58,147 nucleotides of DNA, from NCBI GenBank assembly GCA_964542175.1, contig CAZITN010000003.1, positions 4,249-62,395 of the forward strand. The letters run 5' to 3'. The stretch is from an uncultured Thermodesulfovibrio sp. (GTDB lineage Bacteria; Nitrospirota; Thermodesulfovibrionia; Thermodesulfovibrionales; JdFR-85). The translations under genes and the position numbers were made by a program. The notes under the pieces are model-generated. The model saw nothing but the letters and a program-made list of their open reading frames with translations. It did not search any database and was not told where the DNA came from. Of the stretch, positions 1 through 9,335 are shown piece by piece (the first letter of the stretch is position 1; each line of letters begins with the position of its first letter).

Positions 1-64
1 GACAGCATAGAGTTCAAACTCCTCAGGGAGGAGGACAGGGAAGAGTCCTGAGAGCCCCGGCGCA

Positions 65-613
65 CTATTTGTTTTCTTCTTCTATACCGGTATCTTTAGT
101 TGTATCCGGCTGTAGCGGTTCTTCCGGGGATATTGCCTCTTGCTGGGATTCCCCGGTCATTTCCGAGGGCTCTTTGACTTCCGGTAGGGGCTCAGTAAGA
201 GGGGCTTCCTTTACAGGAGGATGTGTTTCCTTCACCTCTGGGGATTCTTCAGGGCTCTTAACGGCCTTTACCTCTCTACCGGGTTTTTTCACTCTTGCGA
301 TTATGGGGTCATCAATGAAGGGCCTGTAGCCGCTTATCTTGATCTCAACGATGTCATTCACGCCAACGAGGAGGTCTATCTTGTCGAGATTTTTTCTGAA
401 GGTGGAAAGCATCGCCCCTTCATCCGTATTGATTGTGACGAGGAGTTCCCTGTCCTTTTTCTCCTTTGCCACGACCGTTCCCTCTATATTCCTGAGCGAG
501 CCTCCCATATCTGAGGGCAGGTACTTCCTGATCAGATCCGGGGCGTAGACGGTGATGCCCACACCAAAGGCTATCCCGATGAGTAGTGTGATTAAAAAAG
601 ACAGGAATTTCAT
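65..613 (-). CDS. hypothetical membrane-anchored protein with Pro/Glu-rich tail
   Basis: 182-aa ORF. N-terminal hydrophobic helix FLSFLITLLIGIAFGVGITVY, a beta-rich middle and a low-complexity P/E/K tail. No family recognised. Confidence 0.55.
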   Translation of the reverse strand: MKFLSFLITLLIGIAFGVGITVYAPDLIRKYLPSDMGGSLRNIEGTVVAKEKKDRELLVTINTDEGAMLSTFRKNLDKIDLLVGVNDIVEIKISGYRPFIDDPIIARVKKPGREVKAVKSPEESPEVKETHPPVKEAPLTEPLPEVKEPSEMTGESQQEAISPEEPLQPDTTKDTGIEEENK

Positions 614-695
614 TGCCGTTCTCCTTTCATACGTCTGTATTTGTAACTTCTACCAGAGTTGAGCAATATTCCAGGCTGAATTTTCAGAAATCTTC

Positions 696-886
696 CTGGC
701 AGGCAGGCGGAGGCGGTGAATAATCCCCATTTGAGCAATACCTTACAGTCAGAACATCAACTGCCATTCAGCCACATACAGGGTTAATAACCAATCTCCC
801 TTTAGATCAGATAACCATTGCATTAAACGGGGTTACGAGACACCCCCGCCTGCCTGATTATACGAAATAGCCAAATTCAGGTCCTG
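696..886 (-). repeat. intergenic repeat family C, copy 1 (short form)
   Basis: Fills most of the spacer downstream of nadC. Both ends match 23935-24320 (AACCATTGCATTAAAyGGrTTACGAGAC, AATCyCCATTTsAGCAATACC, AAATTCAGGT). The ends pair as a long imperfect stem, e.g. CAGGCAGGCGG 700-710 with CCGCCTGCCTG 846-856. Confidence 0.75.
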
Positions 887-1732
887 TCAACTGAGTTCCA
901 GACTTATATCCACTGCCCTGGCCGAGTGTGTGATGCTGCCTGTGGATATGAAATCCACGCCCTCTATGGCATAGTCCCTGATATTCTGAAGGGTAATTCC
1001 TCCTGATACTTCAATGGCCGGCCTTTGTCCGGAGTTTATCACCATCTCCACAGCCTGCCTGATCTCTCCTGGCTTGAAGTTGTCGAGCATCACAATATCG
1101 GCGCCTTCCTCTACGGCTGCCTCAAGTTCCTCAAGGTTTCCGACTTCCACTTCAATCTTCATGAGATGGTGAACATTCTCACGCACCCTCCGGATCGCCT
1201 CCCTGATACCACCGGCGGCTGCTATGTGGTTGTCCTTTATCAACACCCCGTCGAAGAGGCCGAATCTGTGGTTTTTGCCGCCACCCATCCGGACTGCATG
1301 CTTTTCCATGAACCGCATACAGGGTGTGGTCTTTCTGGTATCAAGAAGGGTCACGCCGGAGCCTTCAAGTTCCTTTACGAACTTCCTTGTGAGTGTGGCT
1401 ATACCGGAAAGCCTCTGAAGGATGTTCAGGGCCAGGCGTTCCCCGGCGAGTATGTTCACCGTCCTTCCCTTGAGGGTTAACAGTTTCCTGCCTGGCGAGA
1501 CCTCATCACCTTCGTTTACCAGAAGGTCGATCGTGATTTTGCTGTCAAGGATCCTGAAGACCTCTGCAGAAAAGGTGATTCCTGCCACCACAAGGGACTC
1601 CTTTGCAATGATTACCGCTCTGGTCTGAGCATCAGGGGCAACTGTATGAAGGCTCGTAATGTCGCCGGGACCTATATCCTCCGAGAGAGCGGCCTCAAGG
1701 AACTGTCTGACGGCTGGGGGGATTCCGGACAT
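887..1732 (-). CDS. nadC: nicotinate-nucleotide pyrophosphorylase (quinolinate phosphoribosyltransferase)
   Basis: 281-aa ORF with typical NadC length and motifs (LLDTRKTTPCMR, DIVMLDNF, IEVSGGI). Confidence 0.93.
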   Translation of the reverse strand: MSGIPPAVRQFLEAALSEDIGPGDITSLHTVAPDAQTRAVIIAKESLVVAGITFSAEVFRILDSKITIDLLVNEGDEVSPGRKLLTLKGRTVNILAGERLALNILQRLSGIATLTRKFVKELEGSGVTLLDTRKTTPCMRFMEKHAVRMGGGKNHRFGLFDGVLIKDNHIAAAGGIREAIRRVRENVHHLMKIEVEVGNLEELEAAVEEGADIVMLDNFKPGEIRQAVEMVINSGQRPAIEVSGGITLQNIRDYAIEGVDFISTGSITHSARAVDISLELS

Positions 1733-1733
1733 A

Positions 1734-2210
1734 TCAGCGCTTTCTGATCAGGGAAAAGAACCCAACCAGCCCGGTCAGTATCGCACCAAGGGAGAGGGTG
1801 GACTTCCAGTCAAAAAGGGTCTCGATGTTACCTTCCACCTTTCTCGCCAGAAGAAAGAGTGTCCGGGTATTGTCGGCCTTTATACTGTTTCCTGCTGTGA
1901 TAATCGATGCAGAGTTCTTGATTGCCAGCTCTTCCTTGCCTATGACCATGGCATTCAGAGAGGCCTCCACAGAGGAGCGGTTACCATAGGAGATACAAGT
2001 GATCCCCTGCCTGGTCTTTATCTTTTCCCCCCTGATGATACAGGCGGCACTCTGCTCTGCTTCTATCCTTTCTCCGTCTATGCTCAGGGCTCCGACCTGG
2101 TTGAGCTCAATATGCCCGCCTTCCACTGATCTTATCGAACTCTGGGAGACCTTGACAAACTCTGCGTCCACCAGGTTCAACTCCCTGCCGTCAATTTCCG
2201 TTTCTTTCAT
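1734..2210 (-). CDS. hypothetical protein with C-terminal membrane anchor
   Basis: 158-aa ORF packed between valS and nadC with 2-nt and 1-nt gaps. Repetitive beta-strand-like segments and a C-terminal TM (LSLGAILTGLVGFFSLI). No family recognised. Confidence 0.55.
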   Translation of the reverse strand: MKETEIDGRELNLVDAEFVKVSQSSIRSVEGGHIELNQVGALSIDGERIEAEQSAACIIRGEKIKTRQGITCISYGNRSSVEASLNAMVIGKEELAIKNSASIITAGNSIKADNTRTLFLLARKVEGNIETLFDWKSTLSLGAILTGLVGFFSLIRKR

Positions 2211-2212
2211 TA

Positions 2213-5053
2213 TTACTCTCCTCTCAGTTCCTTCAACCTTTCAATGCCTTCCTGGAGTCTCTCCTTTCTGCCCATAAGTTCATTATACTTCATTTTCTCC
2301 TTCTGGACAACCTCTTCAGGTGCCTTCCGGATGAAATCCTCATTAAGGAGCTTTCTGTCAAGGAGTCCGAGCTTGTCGTCTATCTTCCTCAGGTCCTTTT
2401 CAAGCCTCATTATCTCGTTCTCAACATCAAGGAGACCTTCCAGGGGGACATAAACCTCAAGAAGGTTTCTCACAGAGACGGCCATCCCCCTTTCCTTCCG
2501 GAATTCCTGGCTGATCAGGAGTTCCCCGGCCCTTGCCAGCTGTCTGATATAGTGGGCGTTTTGCCGGAGGAGATCCTCCCCTTCCTGATCAAGGGGCCTG
2601 ATCCTTACGCTAAGCTGTGCAGAAGGAGGGATATTCAGCTCTCCCCGGATACTCCTGATGCCGGAGATGGCCTCGATCAGATACTCCATCCTCTCTTCAG
2701 AGGTTTCGTCGACAAGATCGTATTCAGGCCATGACGAGGTCATTATGCTCTCTCCCTGATGTGGAAGGTGCTGCCAGAGTTCCTCTGTAACAAAGGGCAT
2801 GAAGGGATGCAAAAGCCTGAGGGATGACTCAAGGAGGAACAGGAGGCACTTCCTTGTTGCGTCGAGGAGCTCGGGTGATGTGTTTTCTGAGTACAGAACG
2901 GTTTTTGAGAGTTCAATATACCAGTCGCAGAACTCGTGCCAGAGGAACTGGTATATCCCGTTTGCAGCGTCGTTGAACCTGTACTCATCAAGGGAACGGT
3001 TTATATCAACTATGGTTCTGGAGAACCTGCTAAGTATCCACCTGCCCGTTATATCAAGTCTCCCCAGCCATTCCGAGGGCTCTTCAATCCTCCCGGGTGG
3101 GGTCTCACCCATGTTCATCATGATGAATCGGGAGGCATTCCAGATCTTGTTTATGAAATTCTTATACCCCTCCACACGGTCTTCAGAGAACTTTATGTCC
3201 CGTCCCTGAGCGGCAAAGGCCGTCAGGCTGAACCTGAAGGCATCGGCACCGTATTTGTCTATTATGAGCAGGGGATCAACGACGTTACCCTTGGATTTGC
3301 TCATCTTCTGTCCCTCTGCGTCTCTTACGAGGGCATGAATGTAGACATCCCGGAAGGGAACGTCCTTCATGAATCTCAAACCCATCATCATCATCCTTGC
3401 CACCCAGAAAAAGAGGATGTCGAACCCCGTGACCAGAACATCGGTGGGATAGTAGGTTCTGAGGTCCTCTGTATCATCGGGCCATCCGAGTGTTGAGAAG
3501 GGCCAGAGGGCGGAAGAAAACCAGGTATCTAGTACATCAGGGTCCCGGATAAGCTCCTCGCTTCCGCAGTCCGGACATGTCAAGGGGTCTTCCCGCAGAC
3601 ATATGGCCTTAACACTCCTGTCTATGTTTACGGTATTGGCGTGCAGCATTATCTCTTCTGTTGAGAGCCCCCGCAGTCTCAGCTCAGTATATGTGCCCCC
3701 TTTAATAAGTTCGCCTCCCCGGTCAATGGGCTTGAAAAAGGATATTGTGATAAGGTCTCCCTGATGCTGGCCCTCTTCCGTCTTGCAGTAAGGGCAGTAC
3801 CAGACAGGGATCTGGTGTCCCCACCAGATCTGACGGGAGATGCACCAGTCCCTGATGTTTTCCATCCATGCATGAAAGCTGTTCAGCCATGCCTCGGGGA
3901 TTATCCTGATGGAACCGTTGGTTACAGCAGATACGGCCTCATCGGCAAGTTCCTTTACCTTCACGTACCACTGGACAGTGGAAAAGGGTTCAATAATTGT
4001 CTTGCAGCGGTAGCAATGTCCGATGGAATGGGTATGTTTCTGTTCCTTCTCTATCAGGGCGAGTTCCTGAAGGTCCCGGAGCACCTCCTTCCTGCACTCA
4101 TACCTGTCCATACCGGTGTACTTCTTACCGGCAGCCTCCGTCATCCTCCCGCTTTCATCAATAACGGTTATGAAGGGGAGGGGAGGATTCTGGCGCCTTG
4201 CCATCGCCTCGTCATTGAAATCATGGGCTGGTGTAACCTTGACGGCACCTGTACCGAAGGAGGGATCAACCATGTCATCAGCGATTATGGGGATCTTTCT
4301 GTTTATCAGGGGAAGAACCACTCTCTTTCCTGCAAGGTCTCTGTATCTCGGGTCTTCCGGATGAACGGCAACGGCGGTGTCACCGAGCATGGTTTCCGGT
4401 CGGGTGGTTGCAACAACCACATAACCGTTTCCGTCTTCAAGGGGATATCTGATATAGGTGAGTTTTCCTTCCAGTTCTTCATGTTCTACCTCAAGGTCGG
4501 AAAGGGCGGTATGACAACGGGGACACCAGTTTATCAATCTGAGGTCTCTGTAGATCAGCCCCTCTTCAAAGAGCCTAACGAATACCTCTCGCACAGCCCT
4601 GGAGAGTCCCCTGTCAAGAGTGAACCTCTGTCGTGACCAGTCACAGGAGGCTCCGATACGGGTAAGCTGATTTATAATCCGCTGTCCGTACTCTTCTTTC
4701 CATTGCCAGACCCTTTTTATGAACTCTTCCCGTCCCAGGGAATAGCGGTCCGTTCCCTCAGAGGCGAGTTGACGCTCCACCACATTCTGGGTTGCGATTC
4801 CTGCATGGTCAGTTCCTGGAACCCAGAGTGCCCTGAAGCCCTGCATCCTCTTCCACCGGATCATGATATCCTGCAAAGTGGCATTGAGGGCATGTCCCAT
4901 GTGAAGTGAGCCGGTGACGTTAGGAGGGGGAATTACAATGGAATAGGGCTTTCCTCCTGGATTGATTTCAGGCCTGAAGAACCCTTCGTTCTTCCAGTAT
5001 TCATACCACCTCATCTCTTTTGAGTGATCGTAGTTTTTTTCAAGATTGTTCAT
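2213..5053 (-). CDS. valS: valine--tRNA ligase
   Basis: HIGH-type motif PNVTGSLHMGHA, KMSKS motif (GQKMSKSKGNV) and a C-terminal coiled coil. Start placed at ATG 5053 (MNNLEKNY) with GGAG upstream. The longer ORF start at 5086 would run into a hairpin. Confidence 0.96.
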   Translation of the reverse strand: MNNLEKNYDHSKEMRWYEYWKNEGFFRPEINPGGKPYSIVIPPPNVTGSLHMGHALNATLQDIMIRWKRMQGFRALWVPGTDHAGIATQNVVERQLASEGTDRYSLGREEFIKRVWQWKEEYGQRIINQLTRIGASCDWSRQRFTLDRGLSRAVREVFVRLFEEGLIYRDLRLINWCPRCHTALSDLEVEHEELEGKLTYIRYPLEDGNGYVVVATTRPETMLGDTAVAVHPEDPRYRDLAGKRVVLPLINRKIPIIADDMVDPSFGTGAVKVTPAHDFNDEAMARRQNPPLPFITVIDESGRMTEAAGKKYTGMDRYECRKEVLRDLQELALIEKEQKHTHSIGHCYRCKTIIEPFSTVQWYVKVKELADEAVSAVTNGSIRIIPEAWLNSFHAWMENIRDWCISRQIWWGHQIPVWYCPYCKTEEGQHQGDLITISFFKPIDRGGELIKGGTYTELRLRGLSTEEIMLHANTVNIDRSVKAICLREDPLTCPDCGSEELIRDPDVLDTWFSSALWPFSTLGWPDDTEDLRTYYPTDVLVTGFDILFFWVARMMMMGLRFMKDVPFRDVYIHALVRDAEGQKMSKSKGNVVDPLLIIDKYGADAFRFSLTAFAAQGRDIKFSEDRVEGYKNFINKIWNASRFIMMNMGETPPGRIEEPSEWLGRLDITGRWILSRFSRTIVDINRSLDEYRFNDAANGIYQFLWHEFCDWYIELSKTVLYSENTSPELLDATRKCLLFLLESSLRLLHPFMPFVTEELWQHLPHQGESIMTSSWPEYDLVDETSEERMEYLIEAISGIRSIRGELNIPPSAQLSVRIRPLDQEGEDLLRQNAHYIRQLARAGELLISQEFRKERGMAVSVRNLLEVYVPLEGLLDVENEIMRLEKDLRKIDDKLGLLDRKLLNEDFIRKAPEEVVQKEKMKYNELMGRKERLQEGIERLKELRGE

Positions 5054-5074
5054 CGTGACGAGTCTCCTTCTACC

Positions 5075-5102
5075 AAAAAGAAGCAAGCGCCGGGCTTGCT
5101 TC
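5075..5102 (-). terminator. hairpin plus U-tract between the response-regulator gene and valS
   Basis: On the minus strand, GAAGCAAGC-CCGGC-GCTTGCTTC is followed by TTTTTGG. It lies downstream of the 5152 stop and just upstream of the valS RBS, so it could be a terminator or an attenuator. Confidence 0.4.
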
Positions 5103-5151
5103 TCAGAGATTCTGAAGAGTTGTTACAGGAAGATTCCCTGCTCTGGCAGGT

Positions 5152-6324
5152 TCAGAATTCTGCCTTTATGCGTTGTATCTCTTTTGCGATCAGGGTTTCA
5201 GCAAGGTCGGGAACAGTCTCCCAGAGGATCTTTTCCACCTCCTGTCTCAAAGAGGATGAAAGGTCTTCCATCATCGACCTGATAGCGCCTTCTATTTTCT
5301 GGGGTAAATCTGCCTGGATCGCCTGTTCTATCCTTTCCGCGACATGGGATCGGATTGTCTCCTCAAGTAAATTACCGATTTCCAGTCCCGACAGGGCGCG
5401 TTTCACCTCTTCTGCCATCAGATCCTTTGCATCTGAACGAAGAGCCTCCGTATTGATCCCCGAAAGGACATCGGATATCTTCTTTTCAATGGTCTCTTTA
5501 ATCATGGACTCTATCTCAGCAGCTTCAGGGACCGAGATGGCCATTGACGGCTCGGGAGGTTCGCTTTCTGCAGGTGGAGTCTCCCTGGGACTTTCCGCTT
5601 CTTCGACTGGAGCCACTTCGGGCATTGCCTGTGGTGTCTCCTGTACCTCTTCCTCCACAGGTTCAATGAGTTCTATGGTCTCTTCTTCGGGTTTGTCTTC
5701 ACCGAATGAGAGTTCTTCTTCGAGATTCCATACATCCTCATCGGCTGATTCAAAGGGGATTTCTCCCTCTTCAGGTTTGATCTCCTCAGCCTCCGGAACA
5801 GACCCGGCTGTTGCTTCCATCTCCAAGGCCTCTGCTACTTCAAGGGGTTCAGGGACCTCTTCCTGGGCTCCTTCCCCTGTTCCTTCGATACCGGCCACTT
5901 CCGAAACCTCTACGGCCTCTTCGACCGCCTCAGCTCCGGTTTCACCGGATATCTCCTGCTCAGCAAAGATTGCATTCAGTTTACTGATCAGTTCCTGGGA
6001 CTCGAAGGGTTTTACGAGGTGGTCATCAGCATTTACTTCCCTGGCCAGATCTTCATCAATGGGTTCAAAGGCACCGGCAAGCAGAATAACAGGGATATGG
6101 CAGGTCTCCTCATCCTTTTTTACCCGCTCGCACAACTGGTACCCATTCAGAGAAGGCATCTCGATATCGGCTAGAATCACGTCAGGCCTGAACTCCTTGA
6201 CCATATTCCACGCCTCTTCCCCGTCTCCCGAGGCTTTTATTTCATAGTCCTCATCCGCAAGAATGAGTTCAACCACCTTCTGGATGGTTACACTGTCATC
6301 AGCCAGGAGTAATTTTTTGCTCAT
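5152..6324 (-). CDS. response regulator: receiver domain, long acidic linker and helical C-terminal domain of unknown function
   Basis: CheY-like receiver (LLLADDS, DVILADIEMP, HLVKPF). About 150 aa of E/P/A-rich linker. Start placed at ATG 6324 (MSKKLLL) with GGAGAGAGG upstream. Confidence 0.85.
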   Translation of the reverse strand: MSKKLLLADDSVTIQKVVELILADEDYEIKASGDGEEAWNMVKEFRPDVILADIEMPSLNGYQLCERVKKDEETCHIPVILLAGAFEPIDEDLAREVNADDHLVKPFESQELISKLNAIFAEQEISGETGAEAVEEAVEVSEVAGIEGTGEGAQEEVPEPLEVAEALEMEATAGSVPEAEEIKPEEGEIPFESADEDVWNLEEELSFGEDKPEEETIELIEPVEEEVQETPQAMPEVAPVEEAESPRETPPAESEPPEPSMAISVPEAAEIESMIKETIEKKISDVLSGINTEALRSDAKDLMAEEVKRALSGLEIGNLLEETIRSHVAERIEQAIQADLPQKIEGAIRSMMEDLSSSLRQEVEKILWETVPDLAETLIAKEIQRIKAEF

Positions 6325-6502
6325 ATGACACCTCTCTCCAGGGGACACCCCCTAAATTTTGGTTTTTGCTCCAGAAAAAACCTTCAGACAAATTTTATTG
6401 TTATCTGTCAAAAAAGTCAAGTTTTTTGATTGATTCAGCCATTGCATTATATGCTTAATGGGAATTTCTGTTGTATAATGAAATCATTGAGATGCCTATT
6501 TT

Positions 6503-7255
6503 ATGGACAAAAACGAGATTATAAGGATTTTCAGGGCAGTCCAGCGGGGAGAGGTCTCTCCTGAGGATGCATTCAAAAGGATAAGGGATCTTCCCTTTGA
6601 GATGCTGGACTCTTCCCATATAGACCATCACAGGGAGATCAGGCAGGGTATCCCCGAGGTGGTCCTTGCTGAGGGAAAGTCTGTCTCTGAAGTGAAGGAG
6701 ATATCGCAGAGGATTTATGAGAAAAGGGGAAAGGTGTTCATAACAAGGGCCTCTGAAGAAATGTACAGGGCTATCGGGATTGAGGGTGCCCGTTTTCATC
6801 CCCGTTCCCGTATCATAGCTGTCGGTGAATCCGGCAAAGGAGAGGGAAAGGTGCTGGTACTCTCTGCCGGGACTTCAGACCTGCCTGTTGCCGAGGAGGC
6901 GCTCCTTACAGCGAGGTTTCTGGGCAGCAGGGTCAAGGGGATTTTTGATGTTGGAGTTGCGGGGATACACAGGCTTTTTGCTTACAGGGCAGATATAACC
7001 GGTGCTGATGTAATTGTGGTTGTGGCAGGCATGGAAGGGGCCCTTCCCTCGGTCGTCGGCGGGCTTACCGATGCGGTCGTGATCGGCGTTCCCACATCCA
7101 CAGGTTACGGGGCGTCCCTTGGTGGTCTTACCGCCCTTTTTTCCATGCTCAATTCCTGTGTGCCGGGTATTGCTGTCATGAATATAGATAACGGATTCGG
7201 GGCCGGGTGCCTCGCCCACAGGATAAACATGCTCAGATCAGGCAGAAGGGGTTAG
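6503..7255 (+). CDS. larB: LarB-type (PurE-like) nickel-pincer cofactor biosynthesis carboxylase/hydrolase
   Basis: 250 aa. PurE/AIR-carboxylase-like C-terminal half (VLVLSAGTSDLPVAEEA, VVVAGMEGALPSVV) plus the N-terminal extension typical of LarB. Confidence 0.8.
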   Translation: MDKNEIIRIFRAVQRGEVSPEDAFKRIRDLPFEMLDSSHIDHHREIRQGIPEVVLAEGKSVSEVKEISQRIYEKRGKVFITRASEEMYRAIGIEGARFHPRSRIIAVGESGKGEGKVLVLSAGTSDLPVAEEALLTARFLGSRVKGIFDVGVAGIHRLFAYRADITGADVIVVVAGMEGALPSVVGGLTDAVVIGVPTSTGYGASLGGLTALFSMLNSCVPGIAVMNIDNGFGAGCLAHRINMLRSGRRG

Positions 7256-7962
7256 ATGCGGTTTTCAAGGCAGAAGACCTGTCCTGTTATCCCCTTTGTT
7301 GATAAAAAAAAGTTGATGAAAGATGCAGGATTCCGCGGGTCCGAGATGGTTCCTGTCAGGCTGTCCTTTATTGCTGTGGATGTGCCCCTTTCAGAGTCAA
7401 CCCCCATCCCTACGGGAAGGTATCCCGGTACGACCACATTCACATAGACTCCATCAGGTGCAAGTTCCCGGGCAAGACTTTTTGAAAAGCCGATGAGACC
7501 GGCCTTGGCCGCACTGTAGGCTGCCTGGCCCTCGCTGCCTTTAATGCCTGACCAGGATGATATGAATACAATATGTCCGCCACCGGAGCGGATGATGAGG
7601 GGGGCGAGTTCCCTTGCAATAAGGAAGGCGCTTCTCAGGTTTACACGGATCACCTCATCCCAGTCATCAAGGCGGTGTTTTATCAGCAGGGCATCTCTGT
7701 TGATTCCTGCGGAGTGAATGAGAAGGTCGAGCCTGCCGGGATCGGTTGAGATATGGTCAGCGATCATCCGTACCGCCTCAGACTCGCCAAGATCACCTGA
7801 TACAGTGCTCCAGGGACCGGTGAGAGCTGTTGTGATTCTCTGGATTGACTGGGCGTTTCTGTGGTAATGGAGTATGGTATGAATCCCAGCTGAGTTCAGC
7901 TCAGAGGCGATTATCCCTCCCAGCCCTCCGGAGGCTCCTGTTATCAGAGCAACCCTGCTGAT
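7252..7962 (-). CDS. short-chain dehydrogenase/reductase (FabG-like)
   Basis: SDR motifs ITGASGGLGG (Rossmann), NSAG-type HSAGI and YSAAK. The ATG ORF (7767) lacks the Rossmann N-terminus. The frame is open to 7998 with no ATG/GTG/TTG. Best start is ATC 7960-7962, preceded by GGGAGG. Confidence 0.7.
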   Translation of the reverse strand: MSRVALITGASGGLGGIIASELNSAGIHTILHYHRNAQSIQRITTALTGPWSTVSGDLGESEAVRMIADHISTDPGRLDLLIHSAGINRDALLIKHRLDDWDEVIRVNLRSAFLIARELAPLIIRSGGGHIVFISSWSGIKGSEGQAAYSAAKAGLIGFSKSLARELAPDGVYVNVVVPGYLPVGMGVDSERGTSTAIKDSLTGTISDPRNPASFINFFLSTKGITGQVFCLENRI

Positions 7963-9116
7963 AGGGCCTCCCTGAGAGCTTGAAGAAGGGTTTCCAGGTC
8001 ATCCTCCTGATGGCTTGCGGTCACGGTTATCCTCAGCCGGGGTCTCTTCACAGTGGGATATCTTATGGCGGGTGCATATATGCCCCGGCCGGAGAGGAAA
8101 TCCGAGAGTCTTAGGGCAGAGGAGTTGTCGTCAAGCATTAGCGGGATTATAGGGGTCCTGGACCTTCCTGTATCAAGTTTCATATCCATGAGCCCTGAAT
8201 GGAGATACTCTCTGTTCTTCCAGAGTCTTTTTACAAGGTCCGGTGATTTCCTGATAGCCTTGATGTTCCTGAGGGATGTCATAACCGCATGGACAGGGAG
8301 AGCGGTTGTGTAAATCAGAGACCTTGCCCTGTTAACGAGGAGTTTCCTTACCAGTCCTGTGGATGCGACAAACCCGCCTAAGGAGCCTACCGCTTTGGAC
8401 AGCGTTCCCATCTCGATAATGAAGGACTGGTGGCTGATGTTGAACTCAGCCAGTGAGCCTTTGCCGCCACCGAGGACGCCAGTTGCATGGGCATCGTCAA
8501 TATAAAGCAGTGCTTCATGTCTTGAGGCGATCTCTGTGAGCTCATCAACCGGGGCTATGTCTCCGTCCATACTGAAGACGGATTCCGTCACTATGATCTT
8601 TTTCCTTAACGTGGTGTTTGAGAGCATCGACCTGAGATGCTTCATATTGAGATGCCTGTAGATTATCTTCTTTGCACGGCTGATTCTGCAGCCGTCAATG
8701 ATGCTTGCATGATTGAGTTCGTCGCTGAATATGACCGTTTCTTCGTCTGAAAGGGCAGGGATAGCCCCGGTATTGGCAGCATACCCGGAGGTGAAAAGGA
8801 TGGATGCCTCTGTCCCTTTCCAGAGGGCTATCTCCTCTTCCAACCGTGAATGTTCAGTAGTTCCTCCTGAGAGGAGCCGGGAAGCACCGGCACCACCGTG
8901 CCGGTGCTTCTCCCCTGTCCGGTCAGTGCATGGGGCTTCCGAGGCGAGGCCGAGATAGTCATTGGATGAGAAGTTGAGAAGCTCCCTTCCGCCCTTTCTG
9001 ATAACCCTTCCCTGACCGGAATCCCTGTCCTCTATAATCCTGATGAGATCTTCCTTTCCCAGATTTTCAAGAAGGTTCCGGTAACTTTCAAGGAGCGGAT
9101 TATCCATCTGCATCAA
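7944..9116 (-). CDS. bioF: 8-amino-7-oxononanoate synthase
   Basis: 390 aa, class-II aminotransferase. Motifs NFSSNDYLGLA, DDAHATG and a PLP-lysine context GTLSKAVGS. Confidence 0.88.
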   Translation of the reverse strand: MMQMDNPLLESYRNLLENLGKEDLIRIIEDRDSGQGRVIRKGGRELLNFSSNDYLGLASEAPCTDRTGEKHRHGGAGASRLLSGGTTEHSRLEEEIALWKGTEASILFTSGYAANTGAIPALSDEETVIFSDELNHASIIDGCRISRAKKIIYRHLNMKHLRSMLSNTTLRKKIIVTESVFSMDGDIAPVDELTEIASRHEALLYIDDAHATGVLGGGKGSLAEFNISHQSFIIEMGTLSKAVGSLGGFVASTGLVRKLLVNRARSLIYTTALPVHAVMTSLRNIKAIRKSPDLVKRLWKNREYLHSGLMDMKLDTGRSRTPIIPLMLDDNSSALRLSDFLSGRGIYAPAIRYPTVKRPRLRITVTASHQEDDLETLLQALREALSAGLL

Positions 9117-9335
9117 ATACCTCTTTCTCTCGTCAGGTGTCTAAACAGCCGGAGATGGAGGCAGCTGGCCTCCGTAAATTCAGCACAATCGATAATTTTT
9201 TAAAATTTTTTACTAACTAATTGACATAAAACGATAAATATTGATAACATGAATACTGGTATAATATCTTGATGAGGGAGAAATTTTTTTCACTGGTTTC
9301 CAGCCCGGATACACAGTGCCAGCGTCAGTGTTATT

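Noticed and set aside
1-51. Possible 3' end of a plus-strand gene (…DSIEFKLLREEDREES-stop)
   Set aside because: Only 16 codons are visible at the window edge, which cannot support a call.
3764-4636. 290-aa plus-strand ORF
   Set aside because: Antisense to valS. Its composition is typical of shadow ORFs.
5024-6247. 407-aa plus-strand ORF, Ser/Ala/Gly-rich
   Set aside because: It is the antisense shadow of the acidic (GAA/GAG-rich) linker of the response-regulator gene. It is low-complexity, has no motifs and overlaps a well-supported gene completely.
6439-6449. CCATTGCATTA 11-mer identical to the core of the repeat family C arm
   Set aside because: Only 11 nt match and the flanks do not align. 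It is too short to call a repeat copy.
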